A stretch of DNA of 64,000 bases from Oscillospiraceae bacterium (GCA_015067925.1 SVLN01000003.1:36058-100057), one strand, 5' to 3'. Positions 15,589 to 23,861 are shown, counted from the first letter of the stretch. Translations and numbers: made by a program. Notes: generated from the sequence alone by a model not told the origin.

Positions 15589-15596
15589 ATATTGGA

Positions 15597-17384
15597 TCAG
15601 ATCTTTTCAAAATCCGCAACACCATGCTTGCACAGCGGGCACACATAGTCATCCGGCAGGGTCTCGCCTTCATAGACGTAGCCACAGATCTTGCAAACGT
15701 AGCCGGTCTTGCCCTCGGTCTCGGGCTTGGGCTTGACGTTCTCCTGATAGTAGGTGTAGGTCATGGACGGTCTCTCAGAAAGCACTCTGGCCTCCGTCAC
15801 CGTGCAGATGAACAGACCGTGGGTGTCCAGATCCACATAGCTCTCCACTTGCAGAGACAGCATCGCATTGATGTATCTCGGCAGAACCACAAGGCCGTTG
15901 TCAGAGCGCATGGGAGTGCAGTCTGCGAACTTGTCCACGTTGCGGCCGCTGACAAAGCCAAAAGCTTCAAAAACTTTAAACGGAGCATCCTCCGTCAGGC
16001 AGTTGATGTTCATCTTTCCGGTCTGCTTAATCACGTGGTGGGAGTAGTTCTCCTTGTTGATGGCCACAGCAACGCGATTGGGTGTATTGGTAACCTGCGT
16101 CACCGTGTTGACGATCAAGCCATTATCCTTCTTGCCGTCGTTGGAGGTGACCACATACAAACCATAGCCGATGTTGAACAGAGCGGACATATCGTTCTTG
16201 TTGGCGGTGGAATCCTGGCGGGCCAGATACTCCATGCAGAGCTCAGAAGCCAGGGCATCAAGCTGTGCCGCGCTCTGCTCGTTGAGAGAAGAAAGAATCT
16301 TGACAGTATTCTCTGCAAAGGTGAGGTTCTTGCTCTTTTCGAACATGCCCTTCATGATCTTTGCTGCCATAGGCGCCCAGCTGCCGTTCTCAATCAGACC
16401 GACCGTACGGTTGGAGAAGTTGCGCTCGGTCAGATGATCGATGAACTCCCGCATAAAGGGGAAAATATCGGCGTTGTAGGTGGTGGTTGCCAACACGAGC
16501 TTGCTGTAGCGGAACGCATCGGCAACAGCGGCAGCAACGTCGCATCTGGCCAGATCATAAACAACAACCTTCGGGCAGCCGTTGGCCTTGAGCTTCTCTT
16601 CCAGCATCACAACTGCCTTCTTGGTGTTTCCATAGATGGAGGTGTAGGCAATCACAATACCCTCTTCCTCCGGCTGATAGCCGGACCAGGTGTTGTACAG
16701 GCCCAGATAGTAACCCAGATTCTCCTTCAGCACAGGACCGTGCAGCGGGCAGATCATGGAGATATCGAGGGTGGAGGCCTTCTTCAGAAGGTTCTGCACC
16801 TGCACGCCGTACTTGCCGACAATACCGATATAGTAGCGTCTTGCCTCATCAGCCCAGGGCTCATCCACATCCAGGGCGCCAAACTTGCCGAAGCCATCAG
16901 CGGAGAAGAGCACCTTATCCGTGGCATCATAGGTCACAATAACCTCCGGCCAGTGCACCATGGGAGCGGTAACAAAAACCAGATTGTGTTTACCCAGCGA
17001 CAGCGTGTCACCTTCACCAACCACGACTTGCTTCTCGGGGAAATCGGTACCAAAGAAGTTCTTCATCATGGCAAAGGCCTTGGCGGACGAGACGATCTGA
17101 GCCTCGGGATAAGCCTTGATGAAATTCACAATGTTGGCAGAATGGTCAGGCTCCATGTGCTGCACCACCAGGTAATCCGGCTTGCGGCCATTGAGGGTGT
17201 TCTGGATGTTATCCAGCCACTCGTGGGTGAAGCCGGCATCTACCGTATCCATAATGGCAATCTTTTCATCCATGATTGCATAGGAATTATAGCTCATGCC
17301 GTTGGGCACCACATACTGTCCCTCAAACAGGTCCACCTTATGGTCATTGACGCCAATGTAGCGAATATCGTTAGTAATGGTCAT
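15597..17384 (-). CDS. Multidomain flavodiiron protein: FDP core + flavin-reductase-like domain + rubredoxin
   Basis: Di-iron motif HMEPDH. Flavodoxin-like IVIAYTSIYGNTKKA. Flavin-reductase-like split-barrel segment (GLYVVTSNDGKKDNGLIVNTV). C-terminal rubredoxin CKICGYVY...CPLCKHG. ATG 17384 has AGAGGTG 6 nt upstream. Confidence 0.85.
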   Translation of the reverse strand: MTITNDIRYIGVNDHKVDLFEGQYVVPNGMSYNSYAIMDEKIAIMDTVDAGFTHEWLDNIQNTLNGRKPDYLVVQHMEPDHSANIVNFIKAYPEAQIVSSAKAFAMMKNFFGTDFPEKQVVVGEGDTLSLGKHNLVFVTAPMVHWPEVIVTYDATDKVLFSADGFGKFGALDVDEPWADEARRYYIGIVGKYGVQVQNLLKKASTLDISMICPLHGPVLKENLGYYLGLYNTWSGYQPEEEGIVIAYTSIYGNTKKAVVMLEEKLKANGCPKVVVYDLARCDVAAAVADAFRYSKLVLATTTYNADIFPFMREFIDHLTERNFSNRTVGLIENGSWAPMAAKIMKGMFEKSKNLTFAENTVKILSSLNEQSAAQLDALASELCMEYLARQDSTANKNDMSALFNIGYGLYVVTSNDGKKDNGLIVNTVTQVTNTPNRVAVAINKENYSHHVIKQTGKMNINCLTEDAPFKVFEAFGFVSGRNVDKFADCTPMRSDNGLVVLPRYINAMLSLQVESYVDLDTHGLFICTVTEARVLSERPSMTYTYYQENVKPKPETEGKTGYVCKICGYVYEGETLPDDYVCPLCKHGVADFEKI

Positions 17385-17458
17385 TTCATGCACCTCTTAT
17401 TTGCAAGTTGGATTGATTTTAACATGTTGAAAATTGAAAAGCAATGTGTCAATTGGAA

Positions 17459-18145
17459 TTATTCTAAAATTCTTCCGTCAGTGGAAATGGTAACCACCTG
17501 CCAGGGAATGAACTTGCCGCTGGCCTGAATGGCACGCTTGACGGCATTTTCCAGACCACCGCAGCAGGGCACTTCCATGCGCACAATCTTAACGCTTTTA
17601 ATGTTGTTGCCCGCAATGATACGGGTCAGTTTCTCAGCATAATCGCCTTCATCCAGCTTCGGGCAGCCAATCAGCGTGATATGATTGCGAATAAAATCGT
17701 TGTGGAAGTTTCCATACGCAAAAGCCGTGCAATCTGCGGCGATCAACAGATTGGCATTCTCAAAATACGGTGCGTTCACCGGAACCAATTTGATCTGGCA
17801 GGGCCACTGGGCCAGCTGGCTGGGCATCACACCAGGCATCTGCGCTGCGGGAGCTTCCGGCTTGATCTGCCGGGCCCGGGTTCCGGGACAGCTGAAAACC
17901 TGCTTTGCCGCTTGCTTGGCCTTCAGAACTGCCTTCTCATCGTAGGCGGGAGCCTCACGCTCCACAAAGGTGATGGCATCGGTGGGGCATGCAGGCAGGC
18001 AGTCGCCCAGACCGTCGCAGTAATCCTCGCGGGTCAATTTCGCTTTGCCATTGACCATCTCAATGGCACCTTCATGGCAGGCCGCTGCGCAAGCGCCGCA
18101 CCCGTTACACTTATCTTCATCAATCTGAATGATCTTTCTAACCAT
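17459..18145 (-). CDS. 4Fe-4S dicluster (ferredoxin) domain protein with conserved Cys-rich C-terminal domain
   Basis: N-terminus CNGCGACAAACHEGAI...CDGLGDCLPACPTDAI. C-terminus ...EVPCCGGLENA. Start moved to ATG 18145 (GGAGA 6 nt upstream). The ORF-track start at 18349 would run through the divergent promoter. Confidence 0.8.
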   Translation of the reverse strand: MVRKIIQIDEDKCNGCGACAAACHEGAIEMVNGKAKLTREDYCDGLGDCLPACPTDAITFVEREAPAYDEKAVLKAKQAAKQVFSCPGTRARQIKPEAPAAQMPGVMPSQLAQWPCQIKLVPVNAPYFENANLLIAADCTAFAYGNFHNDFIRNHITLIGCPKLDEGDYAEKLTRIIAGNNIKSVKIVRMEVPCCGGLENAVKRAIQASGKFIPWQVVTISTDGRILE

Positions 18146-18184
18146 TTTGATTCTCCGTTTCTTCTTCATTTGCCGTTGAGCGGC

Positions 18185-18213
18185 TTGTCTTTGTGGCATC
18201 ATTATAGTATAAT
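18185..18213 (+). promoter_or_regulatory. Sigma-A type promoter of the Crp/Fnr-family gene
   Basis: TTGTCT, 17 nt spacer, TATAAT, 43 nt upstream of the ATG at 18256. Confidence 0.5.
18201..18206 (-). promoter_or_regulatory. Candidate -10 box (TATAAT) of an activator-dependent promoter for the ferredoxin/FDP genes
   Basis: On the minus strand, a TATAAT with no good -35. It is back-to-back with the plus-strand TATAAT (ATTATAgTATAAT). The palindrome at 18228-18243 would be centred near -41.5. Confidence 0.35.
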
Positions 18214-18227
18214 GACCGCAGCAAGTC

Positions 18228-18243
18228 TGTTGAATTTTCAACA
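18228..18243. promoter_or_regulatory. Perfect 16-bp palindrome, candidate Crp/Fnr-family operator
   Basis: TGTTGAA-tt-TTCAACA, two 7-bp arms. It lies between the divergent ferredoxin/FDP genes and the regulator gene. Confidence 0.45.
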
Positions 18244-18255
18244 AAGGAGAAAGAA

Positions 18256-18915
18256 ATGGAGAAATTTTTTTCTGTTTTGCAGCACTGTCCCCTCTTTGAA
18301 AAAATCGGCGCTGATGACCTGAAGCTTCTACTTCCGTGTCTTGGCGCAAATATCATTGCCTTTGACAAAAAATACACGATCTTTGCCGAGGGCTCACCTG
18401 CCAAATATATCGGCATTCTGCTCTCAGGTTCTGCGCAGATTATCCAGGTCGATTATTATGGCAACCGAAGTATTGTCACCGAGGTGGTCCCCTCCGAGAT
18501 GTTCGGTGAATCCTTTGCCTGTGCGGACCTGGAAGTTTACCCCGTTTCTGTGATCGCCAATGAGCCTTGCGAAGTGATGTTGATTGATTGCAGCCGGATC
18601 ATGCACGCCTGTTCCTGCGCCTGTGGCTTCCATCAGCAAATGATTTTCAATTTGATGAAAAACATGGCACAGAAAAACATACATTTTCACCAGAAAGTAG
18701 ATATCCTTTCCCGCCACTCCACGCGGGAAAAGCTTCTGGCCTATCTGAATCTCTGTGCAAAGAGATTTAGCAGCAATCGTTTCGAAATTCCTTTTGATCG
18801 TCAGGAGCTGGCAGATTATCTGAAAGTGGATCGCAGCGGTTTGTCTGCCGAAATCGGCAAACTACGCAAAGAAGGAGTTCTTCAAAGCAACCGGAAACAG
18901 TTTGAACTCCTTTAG
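18256..18915 (+). CDS. Crp/Fnr-family transcriptional regulator with internal Cys cluster
   Basis: cNMP-binding-like beta-roll (FAEGSPAKYIGILLSGSAQI) and C-terminal HTH (RQELADYLKVDRSGLSAEIGKLRKEGVL). Cys cluster DCSRIMHACSCAC (C-x6-C-x-C-x-C). AAAGGAGA ribosome-binding site. Confidence 0.85.
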   Translation: MEKFFSVLQHCPLFEKIGADDLKLLLPCLGANIIAFDKKYTIFAEGSPAKYIGILLSGSAQIIQVDYYGNRSIVTEVVPSEMFGESFACADLEVYPVSVIANEPCEVMLIDCSRIMHACSCACGFHQQMIFNLMKNMAQKNIHFHQKVDILSRHSTREKLLAYLNLCAKRFSSNRFEIPFDRQELADYLKVDRSGLSAEIGKLRKEGVLQSNRKQFELL

Positions 18916-18977
18916 TTTTCGTCTTTTTGCACAGTTTTGATCCCATCTTTTTGTGAACTATGCCCATTTGATTTTTG

Positions 18978-19007
18978 TTGACATAGATAACAATCAGTCT
19001 GTAAAAT
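18978..19007 (+). promoter_or_regulatory. Near-consensus sigma-A promoter of the third alpha/beta pair
   Basis: TTGACA, 18 nt spacer, TAAAAT. The upstream 52 nt aligns without gaps to the copy-1 upstream region. Confidence 0.55.
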
Positions 19008-19042
19008 AAATACATCATTCATACAAACACAGCAAAAAACGA

Positions 19043-19945
19043 ATGGAGGTTTTTCAATTGGATAAGTCTAAAGCTCGTAAACCTGGCATTCACCGCGGCG
19101 TATCCACTTACTGCTGGTACCCCGAACTGAACTGGACCATGGACATGGAAGACATGTTCATGCATATGCAGGACATCGGTGCCAACGGTATTGAGATTCT
19201 GGCCGACGGTACCATTCAGGGTTATCCCAACCCCTCGAACGAGTGGCTCGACAAGTGGTTCGGCCTGACCGAAAAGTATGACATCGTTCCGGTGGAATAC
19301 GGTCACTGGGTTGAATCCCGCATGTATCGTGACCGCGACTACACCTCTGAAGAAGCGCTGGAGATGCTCATCCACGACATCAAGCTGGCCTCTTTCATGG
19401 GCTTCACCTGCATGCGCACCAAGCTGGGCGTCTGCACCGAGACTCTGGATCCCGTTCCCAACTGGAGAGAATTCATCAAGGCCGCTCTGCCTTATGCCGA
19501 GAAGTATGACATCGTCATGCAGCCCGAGGTTCACTCCCCCACCAAGCTCAAGGATCAGATGATCATGGATTACTGTGAATTCATCGATAAGGAGCAGACC
19601 AAGCACTTCGGCTTCAACATCGACTTCGGTGTGTTCCAGACCAAGCCCTTTGAGGATCCTTCCCGCGTCGGCGGCCGCCGTCGTCCCATGGATCCCAGCG
19701 CTCCGGAAGATATCATTCCGCTGCTGCCCTACATCTACGCCTGCCATGCCAAGTACTACAACATGGACGAGAACTTCGACGAGACCACCATCCCCTACGC
19801 CGAGGTTGTCAACATCATGAAGGAGCACGGCTGGAACGGCTGGCTGCTGTCTGAGTACGAAGGCCCGTACAAGAACGTTCCCGGCTACTCCACCACTCAG
19901 GTCAGACGCCATCATGTAATGCTCAAGAACCTGTTGGGCGAATAA
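19043..19945 (+). CDS. Xylose-isomerase-like TIM-barrel protein; putative alpha subunit (diverged copy 3)
   Basis: 300 aa, collinear with copies 1 and 2 and roughly two-thirds identical by eye. Same motifs (MQPEVHSP, NIDFGVF, ACHAKYY, LLSEYEGP). A longer Arg-rich insert sits in the variable loop (KPFEDPSRVGGRRRPMD). Confidence 0.6.
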   Translation: MEVFQLDKSKARKPGIHRGVSTYCWYPELNWTMDMEDMFMHMQDIGANGIEILADGTIQGYPNPSNEWLDKWFGLTEKYDIVPVEYGHWVESRMYRDRDYTSEEALEMLIHDIKLASFMGFTCMRTKLGVCTETLDPVPNWREFIKAALPYAEKYDIVMQPEVHSPTKLKDQMIMDYCEFIDKEQTKHFGFNIDFGVFQTKPFEDPSRVGGRRRPMDPSAPEDIIPLLPYIYACHAKYYNMDENFDETTIPYAEVVNIMKEHGWNGWLLSEYEGPYKNVPGYSTTQVRRHHVMLKNLLGE

Positions 19946-19964
19946 GACAAGGAGGTAATCGATC

Positions 19965-20387
19965 ATGCGTTTAGAAAGAGATGTTATTCAGCACAAAGGC
20001 TTCCGCAACCTGGTCGAGAACGGCGAGATTGTCGGCTTCCAGGTCTGCATCCGTCAGAAGGTCTATCGTGGCACCTGGCTGAGCCAGTTCCGTTTTGACC
20101 ATCTGGCCGTTGACGATGTGAAGTACGGTCCCGAGGACTGCACCTTCACCATCAGCGGCATTGAGTACACCTATGACGAAATGGCCAAGTATGACCGCGT
20201 GATGTGGCCCATCGAAGAGATGTGCTTCATCAAGGTCAAGAAGCCCGGCGGCCTGGCCACCGGCGCTCACAAGGTCCATGTCAATTGCTGGGAGATCCGC
20301 TCTTACCTGCCCGAGCGTATGGATACTGCCAACAAGGACACCAATGAAATCAACCCCGCTATGACCGCGGAACTGATTATTGTCTGA
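19965..20387 (+). CDS. DUF6379-like small protein; putative beta subunit (diverged copy 3)
   Basis: 140 aa. AAGGAGG lies 9 nt upstream. Conserved core GFQVCIRQKVYRGTWLSQFRFDHLAVDD...KPGGLATGAHKV. Confidence 0.55.
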   Translation: MRLERDVIQHKGFRNLVENGEIVGFQVCIRQKVYRGTWLSQFRFDHLAVDDVKYGPEDCTFTISGIEYTYDEMAKYDRVMWPIEEMCFIKVKKPGGLATGAHKVHVNCWEIRSYLPERMDTANKDTNEINPAMTAELIIV

Positions 20388-20402
20388 TTCTCATTGCACA
20401 TT

Positions 20403-20436
20403 GCAGCCCGTTCCCCCAGGGAAACGGGCTGCTTTT
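20403..20436 (+). terminator. Rho-independent terminator
   Basis: GCAGCCCGTT...AACGGGCTGC followed by TTTTGTTG. Confidence 0.7.
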
Positions 20437-20589
20437 GTTGTCCCGTACATCTATTTCAGAAACTCGGCCTTGTAATATTACACAAATTATAAGATTTTGT
20501 GTTTTTTCTTGTGATTTAAGCTTTGCTTTTTCGGAACAATATTGTATACTAGTCTTACAGTAAGCGTTTTATGCGCTGGAGGAGGCACC

Positions 20590-21417
20590 TTGCTCCGGAA
20601 GTTGTTTTTTTGTCTTCCTGCTCCCTTTCGCTTGTGCATTCAATTGTTTTATGACGCGTCAAAACAACACATCAGCGCCCACGCTGCAGGCATCTGTTTC
20701 TTTCTGCTGCTGGCGCTGTTTCCCATGGCAATTTTGACCTGCACGGTCCTGCGTGCTGTTGGGTTGACAGCGGCAGATCTTCTTTGCGCTCTGCGGCCTT
20801 TGCTCCCCTCTGCCCTGTATCCTTTGATAAAGCAGTTGACCGAAGGTTTTTTCGCAGCCCGTTCCGTCGGCGCGCTTTCCATGGCCGCCCTCCTGGCTTT
20901 GTGGTCCGCCTCTCGCGGAATCTACGGAATTATGCGAGCCTTAAATGCTGTGTGCAGGTTTGAAGACCGGCGCGGCTTTCTACGGCGCAGGCTGATTTGC
21001 CTTTTCTATCTGATTCTGACGCTTCTGGCCTTACCGGCTGCGCTTCTGGCTCATATGATGGGATATACACTCCTGTTGCGTGCAGGAAGGCTTTTTCCTT
21101 TGCTGCAGCATTTGGGAACGTTTCTTGTATTGGTACTGATCCATACGGGAATTTACTATGCGTTTCCCGCCAGAAAGCTTCGTCTTCGCTCGTGCCTTAT
21201 CGGCAGCACATTCTCCGCCCTCCTCTGGCAATTGTTCACTGCAGTTTTTTCCCTGTACGCCCAAGGCGCACAATCCTACTCTACTTTTTACGGAAGTCTC
21301 CGCTTCTGCGCACTGGGACTTCTCTGGCTATATTTCTGCACGATGATCCTCTTGTTTGGAGGCTGTCTTTCCGCAGAGATACACCATCGGCTCAAGAAGC
21401 CAAATACAAATATGTAA
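20590..21417 (+). CDS. YihY/BrkB-family membrane protein
   Basis: Multi-TM protein with HISAHAAGICFFLLLALFPMAIL-type N-terminus. The TTG at 20590 is preceded by GGAGGAGG, so it is preferred over the ORF-track TTG at 20542. Confidence 0.75.
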   Translation: MLRKLFFCLPAPFRLCIQLFYDASKQHISAHAAGICFFLLLALFPMAILTCTVLRAVGLTAADLLCALRPLLPSALYPLIKQLTEGFFAARSVGALSMAALLALWSASRGIYGIMRALNAVCRFEDRRGFLRRRLICLFYLILTLLALPAALLAHMMGYTLLLRAGRLFPLLQHLGTFLVLVLIHTGIYYAFPARKLRLRSCLIGSTFSALLWQLFTAVFSLYAQGAQSYSTFYGSLRFCALGLLWLYFCTMILLFGGCLSAEIHHRLKKPNTNM

Positions 21418-21437
21418 TTCCGAACTGGAGGTTCTTT

Positions 21438-23861
21438 ATGTTTTCCACATCCGCAGAATTTGTCGCAGAGTATAACCGCGCGTTCTCTGAGATGCTCTCC
21501 AAGCAGCTCAAGACCAGCTCCAAAGCTGAACAGTATGAGGTGCTTGTCCGCCTGATCAGTGAACGCGCCGGCGTGATCCACGCCTCCTCCGCCGAGCGTC
21601 AGAAGGCCGGCGAGCAGAAGCAGGTTTTCTACTTCTCCATGGAGTTCCTGGTGGGTCGTCTGCTTGAAAACTATCTGATTAATCTGGGCGTCCGCGATAT
21701 CGTCGACGAGGGCCTGCGTTCCTGCGGCATCGAGCTCGATGATCTTCTGGAGCTTGAGCCGGATCCCGGTCTGGGCAACGGCGGCCTTGGCCGTCTGGCT
21801 GCCTGCTTCCTGGATTCCATGGCCGCTCTGGACATCGCCGGCGTCGGCATGGGCGTGCGTTACCGCTACGGCCTGTTCCGCCAGAAGATCCACAATGGTT
21901 TCCAGTACGAGGTCCCCGATGCCTGGCTGGAAAACGGCTATCCCTGGGAATGCGCCAAAACCGATGAAATGGTCGAGGTCCGTTTCGGCGGCCAGGTGGA
22001 GCGCCACCTGGTGAACGGCGAAATGACCTTCACCCACAAGAATTACCACTCCATCGGCGCTGTTCCCTATGACGTTCCTGTGCTGGGCTACGGCGGTGAG
22101 ACTTCCAACCTGCTGCGTCTGTGGAATGCCCAGACCATCGATGAGCGTTTTGACATGAACGCCTTCAACAACGGCGACTATGCCGCCGCCTTCCGTGACA
22201 AGGCCGAAACTGAGGCCATCACCTGCATTCTCTACCCCGATGACAGCACCTACGCCGGCAAACAGCTGCGCCTGAAGCAGGAGTATTTCCTGGTAGCTGC
22301 CGGTATCGGCTCCATCGTATACAACTACAAGAAGCGTTTTGGCACCGATTGGGTCCACTTTGCAGACCGCATCAGCATCCACACCAACGATACGCATCCC
22401 GCCCTGTGTGCGCCGGAACTCATGCGCGTACTCATGGACGAGGAGAAGCTCTCCTGGGATGAGGCCTGGGCCGTCACCTGCAAGACCTGCTCCTACACCA
22501 ACCACACCATTCTTCCCGAAGCGCTGGAGCGTTGGCCCATCGATCTGATGCAGAATCTGCTGCCTCGCGTCTACATGATCGTCGAGGAGATCGACCGCCG
22601 CTACCGCGACGGCTTTGACCGTACCCTTCCCTACTGGCAGGATATGCTCGCCCGTACCGCCATTCTGCGCGACGGCCAGGTGCATATGGCCAACCTCTCC
22701 GTGATCTGCAGCCACAAGGTCAACGGCGTTGCCGCGCTGCACACCGAGATCCTCAAGTCCTCCGTGCTCAACGATTTCTATCTCATGCGTCCGGAGATTT
22801 TCAACAACAAAACAAACGGCGTAAGCCATCGCCGTTTCATGATCCAGTCCAACCTGCCCCTGGCCGACCTGATCTGCGAGGCCATTGGCGATAACTGGGT
22901 CATCCATCCCGAGGAGCTGGAAAAGCTTACTGCTTTTGAGCACGATTCTGAGTTCCTGAAGCGTCTTGCCGCGATCAAGCGCGTCAACAAGGTTCGCCTG
23001 TCCAACTACATTGGCCGTACCATGGAGATCCCCGTGGATCCCGACTCCGTGTTCGATGTTCAGGTCAAGCGCATTCACGCCTACAAGCGCCAGCTTTTGG
23101 CAGCATTCAAAGTTCTGAACCTTTACAATGAGCTTAAGGCCAACCCGAACATGAATGTGGTTCCCCACACCTTCCTGTTTGCCGGCAAGGCAGCCCAGGG
23201 CTACGCGCTGGCCAAGGAGTTCATCAAGTTCATCTGCTCCATTGCAGACCTGGTCAACTCCGATCCCGACGTCAACGACAAGATCAAGGTTCTCTTTGTG
23301 GAGAACTTCCGCGTTTCCAACGCCCAGCTGATCTACCCCGCTGCCGACATTTCCGAGCAGATCTCCACCGCAGGCAAGGAAGCCAGTGGTACCGGCTGCA
23401 TGAAGTTTATGTTCAACGGCGCTCTGACTCTGGGCACTCTGGACGGCGCCAACGTGGAGATCCGCGATCTGGTGGGTGATGATAACATCTTTATCTTCGG
23501 TCTGAAGGCAGAAGAGGCCATGTCCATGGCTGCCAACCATACCTACCGTCCCGCCGAAGTCGCTTCCGCCGATGAGCGTCTGAGCCTGATGCTCAACCAG
23601 CTGGTTAACGGCTTCTTCTCCGGCAGCAACTATGACTTCTGGCGTATTTATGATTCCCTGCTGCGTGACGGCGACGAGTTCTTCGTTCTCAAGGACTTTG
23701 ACTCCTACGTCAGCACCTGGCAGAACATGGTGAAGGTCTACGGTACCGAGCAGTGGAACCGTATGAGCCTGCATAACATCGCCAAGGCCGGTTATTTCTC
23801 TTCCGACCGTACCATTCGCGAGTATTGTGATGATATCTGGCATACCCCGTACAAGGCCTGA
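21438..23861 (+). CDS. glgP: Glycogen/maltodextrin phosphorylase (GT35)
   Basis: 807 aa. Motifs EPDPGLGNGGLGRLAACFLDS and the PLP-Lys region STAGKEASGTGCMKFMFNG. Start ATG 21438 follows GGAGG. The upstream part of the ORF-track ORF (20997-) overlaps the YihY gene. Confidence 0.95.
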   Translation: MFSTSAEFVAEYNRAFSEMLSKQLKTSSKAEQYEVLVRLISERAGVIHASSAERQKAGEQKQVFYFSMEFLVGRLLENYLINLGVRDIVDEGLRSCGIELDDLLELEPDPGLGNGGLGRLAACFLDSMAALDIAGVGMGVRYRYGLFRQKIHNGFQYEVPDAWLENGYPWECAKTDEMVEVRFGGQVERHLVNGEMTFTHKNYHSIGAVPYDVPVLGYGGETSNLLRLWNAQTIDERFDMNAFNNGDYAAAFRDKAETEAITCILYPDDSTYAGKQLRLKQEYFLVAAGIGSIVYNYKKRFGTDWVHFADRISIHTNDTHPALCAPELMRVLMDEEKLSWDEAWAVTCKTCSYTNHTILPEALERWPIDLMQNLLPRVYMIVEEIDRRYRDGFDRTLPYWQDMLARTAILRDGQVHMANLSVICSHKVNGVAALHTEILKSSVLNDFYLMRPEIFNNKTNGVSHRRFMIQSNLPLADLICEAIGDNWVIHPEELEKLTAFEHDSEFLKRLAAIKRVNKVRLSNYIGRTMEIPVDPDSVFDVQVKRIHAYKRQLLAAFKVLNLYNELKANPNMNVVPHTFLFAGKAAQGYALAKEFIKFICSIADLVNSDPDVNDKIKVLFVENFRVSNAQLIYPAADISEQISTAGKEASGTGCMKFMFNGALTLGTLDGANVEIRDLVGDDNIFIFGLKAEEAMSMAANHTYRPAEVASADERLSLMLNQLVNGFFSGSNYDFWRIYDSLLRDGDEFFVLKDFDSYVSTWQNMVKVYGTEQWNRMSLHNIAKAGYFSSDRTIREYCDDIWHTPYKA

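Noticed and set aside
17425-17440. TGTTGAAAATTGAAAA upstream of the FDP gene, sharing the TGTTGAA half-site with the 18228-18243 palindrome.
   Set aside because: It is a direct repeat (TTGAAAA x2), not an inverted repeat. Only one half-site matches, which is insufficient to call a second operator.
15345-17528. A 727-aa ORF antisense to the flavodiiron gene.
   Set aside because: It is a shadow ORF opposite a well-supported multidomain FDP. It has no SD and no motifs, and it runs across intergenic terminators.
12770-19966. Long antisense ORFs opposite each TIM-barrel gene (12770-13645, 14079-15074, 19019-19966) and opposite the beta genes.
   Set aside because: They simply mirror the duplicated sense genes. 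Their products are Val/Gly/Leu/His-rich with no motifs. The sense strand has the SDs, promoters and terminators.
20471-20501. A 12-bp palindrome TGTAATATTACA and the adjacent CACAAA...TTTGTG inverted repeat upstream of the YihY-family gene.
   Set aside because: These are AT-rich palindromes in an AT-rich promoter region, and I see no second copy in the window. That is too weak to propose a function.
20997-21437. A 147-codon N-terminal extension of the glgP ORF in the ORF track.
   Set aside because: It overlaps the YihY-family gene in another frame. glgP homology starts at MFSTSAEFV..., and ATG 21438 has a GGAGG SD.
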